NCBI RefSeq assembly: GCF_034530895.1
Contig: NZ_JAVRCD010000005.1
Span: forward strand, 27,908-59,907
DNA: 32,000 bases
Direction: 5' to 3'
From: Nostoc sp. DedQUE08
GTDB taxonomy: Bacteria; Cyanobacteriota; Cyanobacteriia; Cyanobacteriales; Nostocaceae
A program made the position numbers and the translations under genes. Below are positions 16,029 to 24,039 of this stretch, piece after piece. Below the pieces are notes generated by a model. That model saw only the letters and a program-made list of their open reading frames with translations. It ran no database searches and had not been told where the DNA came from. The first letter of the stretch is position 1. Each line of letters starts with the position of its first letter.

Positions 16029-16445
16029 TTGGAACCAATTACAGCTAGTGCGATCGCAACTCTCGCTTTTACCAAAGCATTTGAGAAAACTATCGAGAAA
16101 TTCACTGAAGCAGCCCTTGGTAAAATGGATGAGCTGCGAAAAAAGATTTGGGGTAAGTTACGGGGAAATTTAAAAGCAGAAACAGCCCTCGTTGCTGCTG
16201 AAAAAGGCTCGAAACCCGATTTAGACAGGGTTGCTGCTTACTTGCAGATAGTTTTACATAAAGAACCGGAGTTTGCGAAAGAAGTAGAAACACTGGCTCG
16301 TGAAATAGAGGCTGGTAAGATAGTAGACAAAAGCACTATGACCCAAATCAATCAAGATAATGCCAGGGGATGGCAAACTAAGGTTGAGGGTGGAACAGTT
16401 TATCAAGGCGATATTAACATTCATCATGCACGCCCCAATTCTTGA
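16029..16445 (+). CDS. Bell-like helical effector protein with a C-terminal amyloid-signalling-type motif (BASS-like)
   Basis: 138-aa ORF. TTG is the only start, preceded by an in-frame TAG at 16020. It has a hydrophobic/amphipathic helical N-terminus ('EPITASAIATLAFTKAFEKTIEKF'). The C-terminal 'NQDNARGWQTKVEGGTVYQGDINIH' (16350-16424) is repeated at the N-terminus of the next gene. Confidence 0.75.
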   Translation: MEPITASAIATLAFTKAFEKTIEKFTEAALGKMDELRKKIWGKLRGNLKAETALVAAEKGSKPDLDRVAAYLQIVLHKEPEFAKEVETLAREIEAGKIVDKSTMTQINQDNARGWQTKVEGGTVYQGDINIHHARPNS

Positions 16446-16456
16446 ATTGAGCCATC

Positions 16457-18586
16457 ATGAACCAAAGCAACCAAGACAATGCCAAGGGCTGGCAAACTCA
16501 GGTTGAGGGTGGAACAGTTTATCAAGGCGATATTCGTATCTACAATTCCCCTACTGGGCAGTTACACTCATCTCCTCCAAATAATATTCCTTATCGGGGT
16601 GTCGCCAACTTTGTCGGGCGGGATGAGAAACTTGTAGAACTACATAAAAAGTTGCTGCAAAATGACAACGCGGCAATTTTGGCTGTGGCTGGGATGGGAG
16701 GAATGGGTAAAACTGAACTGACGACACAATACGCACAGCGCTACAAAGTCAATTATCCTGGTGGGCTTTGCTGGTTAGATGCCAGAAAACCAGATTTAGC
16801 AGCAGAGATTGTGGAGTTTGCCCGGTTTTACATGAAACTGGAAGTACCGCAAACCTTATTGACTTCCCAGGAACAAGCAAAATGGTGCTGGCATAATTGG
16901 CAACCACAAACAGGACTAGTCTTGGTAGTATTGGACAATGTTGACGATGAGACTAACTGGAATAATTGTCGCCAAGTCCTGCCAACAGATAACCGCTTCT
17001 GTATATTGACGACAACTCGGTTGCGAAATCTCGGTTCAACAGTTCAACAGATAACTTTGGATGAACTCTTACCAAAGGATGCTTTGAATTTGTTGACAGC
17101 TTTGTTGGGCGAGAATGATAGGCGAGTGCAACGGGAACCACAAACGGCAGCAAATTTATGTAAATGGCTGGGATATCTGCCTTTAGGTTTGCAATTAGTG
17201 GGTGCGTATTTGGCAGAAGATCCAAATTTGTCTTTGGCAGAGATTTTACAGCGATTACCAGCCCAGCAAAAATCTCAATTGGAAGCCGTATTTGAATTAA
17301 GCTGGCAACAACTCGATTATATGACACAGTGTGTCGGTGAATTATTGAGTTTATTTGCCCCAGATATAATTCCTTGGCAAATAGTTGAATCTGTCAGTCA
17401 GCAGTTAAATTGGGCAAAGGCAGATGTTGACGAGGCGAGAAAGCAACTTTATCAGCGCCATTTAATTCAAAGCGTAGTAGAAGGAGAAAGTTGCTATAAA
17501 ATTCATCCTTTAACTAGAAAGTTTTTGCAAGGGAAACTGGTAAGGTCAAACACAGCTGATGACCTCAAAAAAGCCTTTGCCGCAGCATTAGTAGAAATTG
17601 CTCAGAAAATACCTCAATCTCCTACCCTTGAGGATATCAAGTCAGTGCAACTGGCAATTCCTCATTTAACCAAGGTGGCACAAAATTTGATTGATGTTGT
17701 GCAGGATGAAAATTTAACATCGGTTTTCACTGGCTTGGGCAAATTCTATAAAGGACAGGGTTTGTATACCCTTGCAGCACCTTGGTATCAGCAAGGATTA
17801 TCAACAGTTCAAACCCGTTTGGGAGAAACACATCCCAATGTTGCCGCCAGCCTGAACAACCTGGCATTACTCTACAATTTTCAAGGACGCTACGACCAAG
17901 CCGAACCCCTGTTTCTGCAAGCTTTAGAACTGAGTAAACGCCTGCTGGGAGATGCACATCCCGATGTTGCCACCAGCCTGAACAACATGGCAAATCTCTA
18001 CAAATCTCAAGGGCGCTATGACCAAGCCGAACCCCTGTATCTGCAAGCTTTAGAACTTTATAAACGCCTGCTGGGAGAAGCACATCCCAATGTTGCCACC
18101 AGCCTGAACAACCTGGCAAAACTCTACGATTCTCAAGGACGCCACGACCAAGCCGAACCCCTGTTTCTGCAAGCTTTAGAACTGAGAAAACGCTTGCTGG
18201 GAGAAACACATCCCGATGTTGCCGCCAGCCTGAACAACCTGGCAAATCTCTACAATTCTCAAGGACGCTACAACCAAGCCGAACCCCTGTTTCTGCAAGC
18301 TTTAGAACTGAGAAAACGCCTGCTGGGAGAAGCACATCCCGATGTTGCCACCAGCCTGAACAACCTGGCAAATCTCTACAATTTTCAAGGACGCTACGAC
18401 CAAGCCGAACTCCTGTATCTGCAAGCCTTAAAAATTTGTCAGCAGGTGCTTGGGGTAAATCATCCCAATACGGTTACTGTTCGGGAAAATCTAGAAAATC
18501 TTCAAGCTCAAAAGAGTGCTAGCCGTAAAGTTAAGAATAATGCTAACAATTCCTGGTGGGAAAAGCTTTTAGGGTTATTTGAGTGA
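16457..18586 (+). CDS. STAND NTPase (NLR-like): N-terminal BASS-like motif, NB-ARC domain, TPR repeats
   Basis: The N-terminus is 'NQDNAKGWQTQVEGGTVYQGDIRIY' (16469-16543). Walker A 'GMGGMGKT' (16691-16714), Walker B 'LVLVVLDNVDD', 'CILTTTR' and GLPL-like 'GYLPLGLQLVGAYL'. These are followed by about 7 tetratricopeptide units of 42 aa ('HP.VA.SLNNLA.LY..QGRY.QAEPL.LQALEL.KRLLGE'). Confidence 0.92.
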   Translation: MNQSNQDNAKGWQTQVEGGTVYQGDIRIYNSPTGQLHSSPPNNIPYRGVANFVGRDEKLVELHKKLLQNDNAAILAVAGMGGMGKTELTTQYAQRYKVNYPGGLCWLDARKPDLAAEIVEFARFYMKLEVPQTLLTSQEQAKWCWHNWQPQTGLVLVVLDNVDDETNWNNCRQVLPTDNRFCILTTTRLRNLGSTVQQITLDELLPKDALNLLTALLGENDRRVQREPQTAANLCKWLGYLPLGLQLVGAYLAEDPNLSLAEILQRLPAQQKSQLEAVFELSWQQLDYMTQCVGELLSLFAPDIIPWQIVESVSQQLNWAKADVDEARKQLYQRHLIQSVVEGESCYKIHPLTRKFLQGKLVRSNTADDLKKAFAAALVEIAQKIPQSPTLEDIKSVQLAIPHLTKVAQNLIDVVQDENLTSVFTGLGKFYKGQGLYTLAAPWYQQGLSTVQTRLGETHPNVAASLNNLALLYNFQGRYDQAEPLFLQALELSKRLLGDAHPDVATSLNNMANLYKSQGRYDQAEPLYLQALELYKRLLGEAHPNVATSLNNLAKLYDSQGRHDQAEPLFLQALELRKRLLGETHPDVAASLNNLANLYNSQGRYNQAEPLFLQALELRKRLLGEAHPDVATSLNNLANLYNFQGRYDQAELLYLQALKICQQVLGVNHPNTVTVRENLENLQAQKSASRKVKNNANNSWWEKLLGLFE
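17831..18460 (+). repeat. Five near-identical 126-bp in-frame tandem repeats (TPR units) inside the NLR gene
   Basis: Units start at 17831, 17957, 18083, 18209 and 18335. A more diverged unit lies on each side (17705 and 18461). Nucleotide identity between units is visibly very high. Confidence 0.95.
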
Positions 18587-18710
18587 AGCGAAAGTCCTGA
18601 TTATAGCAAGGAACTGGGTACACTGCGACAAGCTCAGTGCATCGCTGGGGACTGGGTGAAAAGTCTTTTTGTGTTTCGGTTTTATCCGACTCAAATTAAA
18701 ATTGAACAAA

Positions 18711-18854
18711 AATAATAAACGACAACCCGAATTCAATAAACGACTCCCCGAATTCAATAAACGACTTCCCGAATTCGATAAATGACTCCCCGAATTCAAT
18801 AAACGACACCCCGAATTCGATGAACGACACCTCGAATTCGATGAACGACACCCC
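18711..18854. repeat. Tandem array of 21-bp units (GAATTCRATRAAYGACWYCCC), six full copies plus one partial
   Basis: Full units start at 18729, 18750, 18771, 18792, 18813 and 18834, and each begins with an EcoRI site. The array lies about 125 nt downstream of the NLR stop codon. Confidence 0.95.
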
Positions 18855-19467
18855 CCTTAATCCCCCCTCTACGGTGTACACACATGTTGGTAATCAAGCA
18901 CAAATCCCGATTTACCCCCCTTAACAAACTTCGGCGGGTTGAAGTCCCCGGCTTCTAACAAGCCGCAAGTTTTGTGGTGGGGTCTAAATCCTCGTTACAA
19001 AACTTAATTGCGAATTGCGAATTGTTTTAATCCCCCCGATGCATTGGGGGGAAATGTCCGGTTCTCCCCCTTTATAAAGGGGAGTTAGAGGGGGTCAGAA
19101 AGACTTGTCTCTACACCGTAGCCTTGGTAAGGGGAGGGTGCGCGATCGCGCGGGTGGGGTATTTCTGTACGTCACAAAGTTGAAATCTCCTGTAAGTAAT
19201 GCGTTGTAGAAGTGTTTTATTCATAAAAAAATATTCATAAATTATGACGATATTTTTGTTTTTATAAGTTAGTTATAGATGCCAAATAACGACAGCAAAA
19301 AAATAATTATAGCTACAAATAAATACTTTTAACTGTTAATTTATTTTTGTTTTAGGGCTTTACAAGTATAAAGTTATACTTTAATATACAAATAAGAAAG
19401 GCGATCGCCCTCTGCCAAGAATCTGCGATCGCCTTTCTGTAAACCCCCATTCTGGGAGACAATTACA

Positions 19468-19767
19468 ATGATGACACAAGTACAAAAGTTTGTAAAAAAT
19501 CAGAAGTTCGCCGAATCAGAATTACAACAGTACTTAGATGGCGAAAACTTAAATACACTCATCCTGAATCAATCTTCTGAAAATCAATTATCGAAAAGAG
19601 AACCGATTAAACATCTATTAATAGGTTCTCCAAAAGCAGTTACTAGCACAATTCACTATCTGCAAGTGATTGGCTACGCCAGCATCGGCGATTGGAGTCC
19701 GCTACTACCAACCGCCAACCCAGGCGAGGTAATGAGTATTTTAATCCGTCAGATTTTAATGCAATAG
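19468..19767 (+). CDS. Small conserved hypothetical protein (99 aa)
   Basis: ATG-initiated ORF. The C-terminal 'LLIGSPKAVTSTIHYLQVIGYASIGDWSPLLPTANPGEVMSIL' resembles a small protein family I recall as widespread in cyanobacteria. Function unknown. Confidence 0.6.
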   Translation: MMTQVQKFVKNQKFAESELQQYLDGENLNTLILNQSSENQLSKREPIKHLLIGSPKAVTSTIHYLQVIGYASIGDWSPLLPTANPGEVMSILIRQILMQ

Positions 19768-19920
19768 GACATATCAAGATGGTGCGTTGCGCCCTTGCGA
19801 CAATGCACCCTATTTGAACTTCACTCTGTCGTAGAAGTTTAGTACATTGCTAAACCCAAAAAGCAGTGATTTTAATCAGAAAATAGCGCCTGACTTTTCA
19901 CGTTATCTAGAAAAGTCCAC

Positions 19921-20015
19921 GAAAACCTAACCCCCTAACCCCCTTCCCAACACCGGAAGGGGGAAAATTCAAAGTCTCTCTCCTAAAAGGAGAGAGATTT
20001 AGAGAGAGGTTTTTC
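19921..20015. repeat. Small palindromic element with two 9-bp-stem hairpins, flanked by a short inverted repeat
   Basis: CCCCCTTCC (19939-19947) pairs with GGAAGGGGG (19955-19963). TCTCTCTCC (19975-19983) pairs with GGAGAGAGA (19989-19997). The outer arms are GAAAACCT ... AGGTTTTTC. Confidence 0.7.
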
Positions 20016-20196
20016 AGATGTCCATTGCGATCGCACTAAACTAGATGTTAAAACTTTGGGTGTATTGACTTATACGCAAATTACCCCACTCATAGGGCGA
20101 TCGCACACATTCAACCCTCTTCAAAATGCACCCCAACCACGTTAAGCTGAATTAGAGTGGCAATTTATTGCGCTTTTAATATGCAAATCTCTGTTC

Positions 20197-20958
20197 TTGT
20201 CAAATTTTAATTTTTTTCTGCTTGAGAAACCCGGAATGCTAGACCGAATTTTTGATTACCTCGACTTTCATTTCACCATTGAAGCCCCTATAGTTCTGCT
20301 GATCCTGGTGCTTTTAGAGGCGCTGTTATCTGCTGACAATGCCATCGCTCTGGCTGCGATCGCTAGGGGGCTGGAAGACGAAGAACTTGAGCGTAAAGGA
20401 CTCAACTTTGGTTTAGTCGTTGCTTATGTGCTGCGAATCACCCTGATTCTCACTGCTACTTGGGTACAACAATTCTGGCAATTTGAATTATTGGGCGCTG
20501 CTTATCTGCTGTGGTTGGTATTCCAACACTTTACCTCACAAGAAGCCAACGACGACCGCCATCACGGGCCGCGTTTTAATTCATTGTTGCAAGCCATACC
20601 CGTGATTGCATTTACAGATTTGGCATTTTCTTTGGATAGCGTGACAACTGCGATCGCAGTTTCTCAAGAAAAATGGCTAGTGCTAACGGGTGCAACAATT
20701 GGTATTATTACGCTGCGATTCATGGCGGGATTGTTTATCCGTTGGCTAGACGAATATGAAAACCTAGAAGACGCAGGCTATGTAACTGTCGCCTTGGTAG
20801 GCTTGCGCCTGTTGTTGAAAGTGGTGAACGATAGTTTAGTTCCACCAGAATGGATCATGATTGCTGCTATCTTCCTAATTTTAGGCTGGGGATTTTCCAA
20901 GCGTGTTGACACTGAACTGCCCCAAGTAGAACCGGAAAAGAGCGAAGTCTCTAAGTAA
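20197..20958 (+). CDS. TerC-family integral membrane protein
   Basis: 'LEALLSADNAIALAAIA' and a second 'FSLDSVTTAIAVS' half-motif within a multi-TM protein. The ORF opens at a TTG (20197); the ATG at 20236 (MLDRIFDYL...) is the likelier start. Confidence 0.85.
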   Translation: MSNFNFFLLEKPGMLDRIFDYLDFHFTIEAPIVLLILVLLEALLSADNAIALAAIARGLEDEELERKGLNFGLVVAYVLRITLILTATWVQQFWQFELLGAAYLLWLVFQHFTSQEANDDRHHGPRFNSLLQAIPVIAFTDLAFSLDSVTTAIAVSQEKWLVLTGATIGIITLRFMAGLFIRWLDEYENLEDAGYVTVALVGLRLLLKVVNDSLVPPEWIMIAAIFLILGWGFSKRVDTELPQVEPEKSEVSK

Positions 20959-20961
20959 AAA

Positions 20962-21105
20962 GAGGGGACAAGGGGACAAGGGGAGCAGGTGAGCAGGTGA
21001 GCAGGGGAGCAGGGGAGCAGAGGAGAAGTTACAGTAAGTTTTTCCCCTCTGCCCCCCATCGCCTCTGCCTGTTTTCAATGCCCCATGCCCCATGCCCCAT
21101 TCCCT
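20962..21105. repeat. Composite STRR element: G-run heptamer/octamer array, hairpin core, then a (CCCCATG)n array
   Basis: It fills the whole spacer between the convergent TerC and ndk genes. Its core (21012-21057) matches about 41 of 45 nt of 28833-28877. Confidence 0.9.
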
Positions 21106-21111
21106 ACTGTC

Positions 21112-21561
21112 TTACTCGTGCAACCAAGGCGTTAAGTGTGGTTGCCAGCTGACTAATTCTTCATCCTTAAACCATAGGGCTATTTCCCGTTGCGCGGTTT
21201 CTTGAGCATCAGAACCGTGGATTAAGTTGCGACCAATATTCAGACCAAAATCGCCCCGAATCGTTCCCGGCTCTGCTGTTAAAGGGTTCGTCGCACCAAT
21301 AATCTTTCTAGCAGATGCAACGACACCATCACCTTCCCATACCATTGCTACCACTGGGCTAGAAGTGATAAATTCGACTAGACCAGCAAAAAAGGGACGT
21401 TCTCGGTGAACATCATAGTGTTGTTCAGCCAATTCCCGACTGACTTTTAGTAACTTTAAACCAACTAGGGTAAAACCTTTAGTTTCAAAGCGACGGATAA
21501 TTTCCCCCACTAGTCCCCGCTGGACGCCATCAGGCTTAATTGCTAAAAATGTGCGCTCCAT
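21112..21561 (-). CDS. ndk: Nucleoside diphosphate kinase
   Basis: 149 aa. '[28 protein letters not shown]' and the active-site 'NLIHGSD'. Confidence 0.97.
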   Translation of the reverse strand: MERTFLAIKPDGVQRGLVGEIIRRFETKGFTLVGLKLLKVSRELAEQHYDVHRERPFFAGLVEFITSSPVVAMVWEGDGVVASARKIIGATNPLTAEPGTIRGDFGLNIGRNLIHGSDAQETAQREIALWFKDEELVSWQPHLTPWLHE

Positions 21562-21603
21562 TGCTATCTCCCAAAGCTTAATAAAGTTTTTATCTAGTCA
21601 ACT

Positions 21604-21714
21604 GTCCTTTGTCCTTCGTCCTTTGTCCTTCGTCCTTTGTCGTCCTCTGTCTTGAGTACAAGGGTTTTGCACTAATGACCAATGACCAATGACTAATGAC
21701 TAATGACTAATGAC
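21604..21714. repeat. STRR heptamer arrays (CCTTTGT/CCTTCGT, then AATGACC/TAATGAC)
   Basis: Two adjacent heptamer arrays lie in the divergent ndk/speA spacer. Confidence 0.9.
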
Positions 21715-21830
21715 ATACGACTCTTGACCAATCAGAGTTTATCTCAGAAATTATCCTTGGGTGCATATACGTTCCTAAATGAATGCGCTAAATTGTTAAC
21801 TCATGGGTGAAAAACAGAGGTTAGGAAGAA

Positions 21831-23852
21831 ATGGGTGTTGAGTCAACTGCTACATCTGACGAGGTGGTACAAGTACCGTCCAATGGACAAAAATCTGAAG
21901 TGAAAAATCATAAACAAAAAAAACTGTTACCACCGAGTCCTACTACCACAGGAGATTTACCTCGCTCCTGGAAAATTGAGGATAGCGAAGCTTTGTACCG
22001 CATTGAAGGATGGGGACAACCTTATTTTTCCATTAGCGCTGCTGGTCACGTTACCGTGTCACCCAAGGGCGATCGCGGGGGATCTCTTGACTTGTTTGAA
22101 TTGGTCAACTCCATGAAACAGCGCAACTTGGGACTTCCCATGTTGATTCGCTTTTCCGATATTTTGGAAGACCGGATTGAGCGGTTGAATGCTTGTTTTG
22201 CCAAAGCGATCGCTCGTTACAATTACCCTGGTGTTTATCGTGGTGTATTTCCTGTCAAATGCAATCAAGAACGGCATTTGATTGAGGATTTAGTGAAATT
22301 TGGCAAGCCCCATCAATTTGGTTTAGAAGCAGGTTCCAAGCCAGAATTAATGATTGCTCTAGCTGTGTTGGATACACCAGGAGCATTGTTAGTTTGCAAC
22401 GGCTACAAAGACCGAGAATACATCGAAACGGCAATGTTAGCCCAAAGACTAGGGCAAACACCAATCATCGTCTTAGAACAGATTGAAGAAGTTGATTTGG
22501 TAATTGATGCCAATCGCCAGTTAGGTATTAAGCCGATATTAGGTGTTCGTGCTAAACTCAGTACCCAAGGTATGGGACGTTGGGGAACCTCTAGTGGCGA
22601 TCGCGCTAAATTTGGTTTGACAATGCCTGAAGTCATCGAGGCTGTTGACAAGTTACGCGAAGCTAACCTGCTCGATTCTTTGCAGTTGATGCACTTCCAT
22701 ATCGGCTCACAAATCTCTGCCATTAATGTAATTAAAGATGCTATCCAAGAAGCCAGCCGCATTTATGTGGAATTGGCAATGCTGGGGGCGGATATGAAAT
22801 ATTTGGATGTTGGTGGCGGCTTGGGCGTAGATTATGATGGCTCTCAAACCAACTTCTATGCATCGAAAAATTACAACATGCAGAACTATGCCAATGACAT
22901 CGTGGCAGAGTTAAAAGATACCTGTGCAGAGCGGCAGATTCCCGTACCAACACTGATTAGTGAAAGTGGACGAGCGATCGCTTCCCATCAGTCGGTGCTG
23001 ATTTTTGATGTTCTTAGTACTAGTGATGTCCCTCTCGACAACCCAGAACCTCCACAAGAGGGAGAATCCCCGATTATTAATTATCTTTGGGAAACTTACC
23101 AATCCATTAACAAAGAGAATTATCAGGAGTTCTACCACGACGCTACACAATTCAAAGAAGAAGCCATCAGCCGCTTCAACTTAGGAATTTTACGCCTCAG
23201 AGAACGAGCTAAAGCCGAACGTCTCTACTGGGCTTGTTGTCAAAAAATTCTTACCATCACTAGACAGGAAGAATACGTACCCGATGAACTAGAAGACCTA
23301 GAGAAAATCATGGCTTCCATCTACTACGTGAATATGTCAGTGTTCCAATCGGCACCAGATTGCTGGGCGATCGACCAACTATTCCCGATCATGCCAATCC
23401 ACCGCTTAGATGAAGAACCAACACGGCGGGGAATTTTAGCAGACCTCACCTGCGACAGTGATGGTAAAATCGACCGCTTTATTGACCTGCGCGATGTCAA
23501 GTCGGTTTTAGAATTGCACACCTACAAGCCCGGAGAACCCTATTATTTGGGAATGTTCTTGAATGGAGCTTACCAGGAAATCATGGGCAATTTGCACAAC
23601 CTGTTTGGCGATACCAACGCCGTTCACATCCAATTAACGCCCAAAGGCTACCAAATTGAACACGTTGTCAAAGGTGACACGATGAGCGAAGTAGTAAGCT
23701 ACGTCCAGTATGACTCCGAAGATATGGTAGAAAACATTCGCCAGCGTTGCGAGAAAGCATTAGAAGAAAAGCGCATCACCCTAGCAGAATCTCAACGACT
23801 ACTGCAAACCTACGAGCAGAGTCTTAGAAGATATACGTACTTAAATAGTTAG
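21831..23852 (+). CDS. speA: Biosynthetic arginine decarboxylase
   Basis: 673 aa. 'WKIEDSEALYRIEGWGQPYFSI', the PLP-lysine motif 'GVFPVKCNQ', 'HFHIGSQ' and 'LDVGGGLGVDYDG'. Confidence 0.95.
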   Translation: MGVESTATSDEVVQVPSNGQKSEVKNHKQKKLLPPSPTTTGDLPRSWKIEDSEALYRIEGWGQPYFSISAAGHVTVSPKGDRGGSLDLFELVNSMKQRNLGLPMLIRFSDILEDRIERLNACFAKAIARYNYPGVYRGVFPVKCNQERHLIEDLVKFGKPHQFGLEAGSKPELMIALAVLDTPGALLVCNGYKDREYIETAMLAQRLGQTPIIVLEQIEEVDLVIDANRQLGIKPILGVRAKLSTQGMGRWGTSSGDRAKFGLTMPEVIEAVDKLREANLLDSLQLMHFHIGSQISAINVIKDAIQEASRIYVELAMLGADMKYLDVGGGLGVDYDGSQTNFYASKNYNMQNYANDIVAELKDTCAERQIPVPTLISESGRAIASHQSVLIFDVLSTSDVPLDNPEPPQEGESPIINYLWETYQSINKENYQEFYHDATQFKEEAISRFNLGILRLRERAKAERLYWACCQKILTITRQEEYVPDELEDLEKIMASIYYVNMSVFQSAPDCWAIDQLFPIMPIHRLDEEPTRRGILADLTCDSDGKIDRFIDLRDVKSVLELHTYKPGEPYYLGMFLNGAYQEIMGNLHNLFGDTNAVHIQLTPKGYQIEHVVKGDTMSEVVSYVQYDSEDMVENIRQRCEKALEEKRITLAESQRLLQTYEQSLRRYTYLNS

Positions 23853-24039
23853 GAGTTAGGAGTGAAGAGTTAGGAATAAAGTTAAAAGTTAGAAGTGAAG
23901 AGTTAGGAATAAAGTTAAAAGTTAGAAGTGAAGAGGGAAATATGAAATAATAACTCCAAACTCCAAACTCCAAACTCCAAACTCCTAACTCCTAACTCCT
24001 AACTCCTAACTCCTAACTCTTAACTCCTAACTACTAACT
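23853..24039. repeat. Repeat-filled convergent spacer: AGGAGTT units, 33-bp direct repeat x2, (AACTCCA)4, (AACTCCT)n
   Basis: 33-bp units start at 23862 and 23895, with a third partial copy at 23928. The left AGGAGTTAGGAGT arm is complementary to the right AACTCCTAACTCCT array. Confidence 0.9.

Noticed and set aside
17727-18371. 214-aa antisense ORF with its own repeat ('LPGCSGWWQHRDV...')
   Set aside because: It is the reverse-complement reading of the 126-bp TPR repeats of the NLR gene. One stop-free unit makes every unit stop-free. The sense strand carries clear NB-ARC and TPR motifs.
16029-18586. Interpreting the small ORF plus the NLR as one gene broken by a nonsense mutation
   Set aside because: The shared motif is present twice (16350-16424 and 16469-16543) rather than once across the junction. 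The second gene has its own ATG 11 nt after the stop. This fits a two-gene effector/NLR design, not a pseudogene.
18575-18881. Two overlapping minus-strand ORFs ('NSGSRLLNSGSRLL', 'SFIEFGVSFIEFGESFIEF')
   Set aside because: They are produced by the 21-bp (7-codon) tandem array. The periodic peptide is a direct read-out of the DNA repeat.
18869-19121. MITE bounded by the inverted repeat CTACGGTGTA / TACACCGTAG
   Set aside because: Only 10 bp match, which is within chance expectation for a region this size. No target-site duplication is visible. I noted the region only as rich in C/G-tract hairpins.
20016-20196. Manganese (yybP-ykoY) riboswitch upstream of the TerC-family gene
   Set aside because: I looked for the conserved GGGGAGUAG and GAGACC-type segments and did not see them. 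No call can be made without a covariance-model scan.
20778-21093. ORFs of 60-106 aa rich in Gly/Pro/Cys/Leu running through the composite repeat elements (also 26661-26953 and 28706-29038)
   Set aside because: These are translations of tandem heptamer arrays. They overlap the ends of well-supported genes and recur wherever the repeats occur. They are repeat artefacts, not genes.
22059-23521. Chain of 65-119-aa antisense ORFs inside speA (and 24433-24985 inside the pyrophosphorylase gene)
   Set aside because: They lie entirely within, and antisense to, strongly supported conserved genes. They show no motifs and look like typical shadow ORFs.
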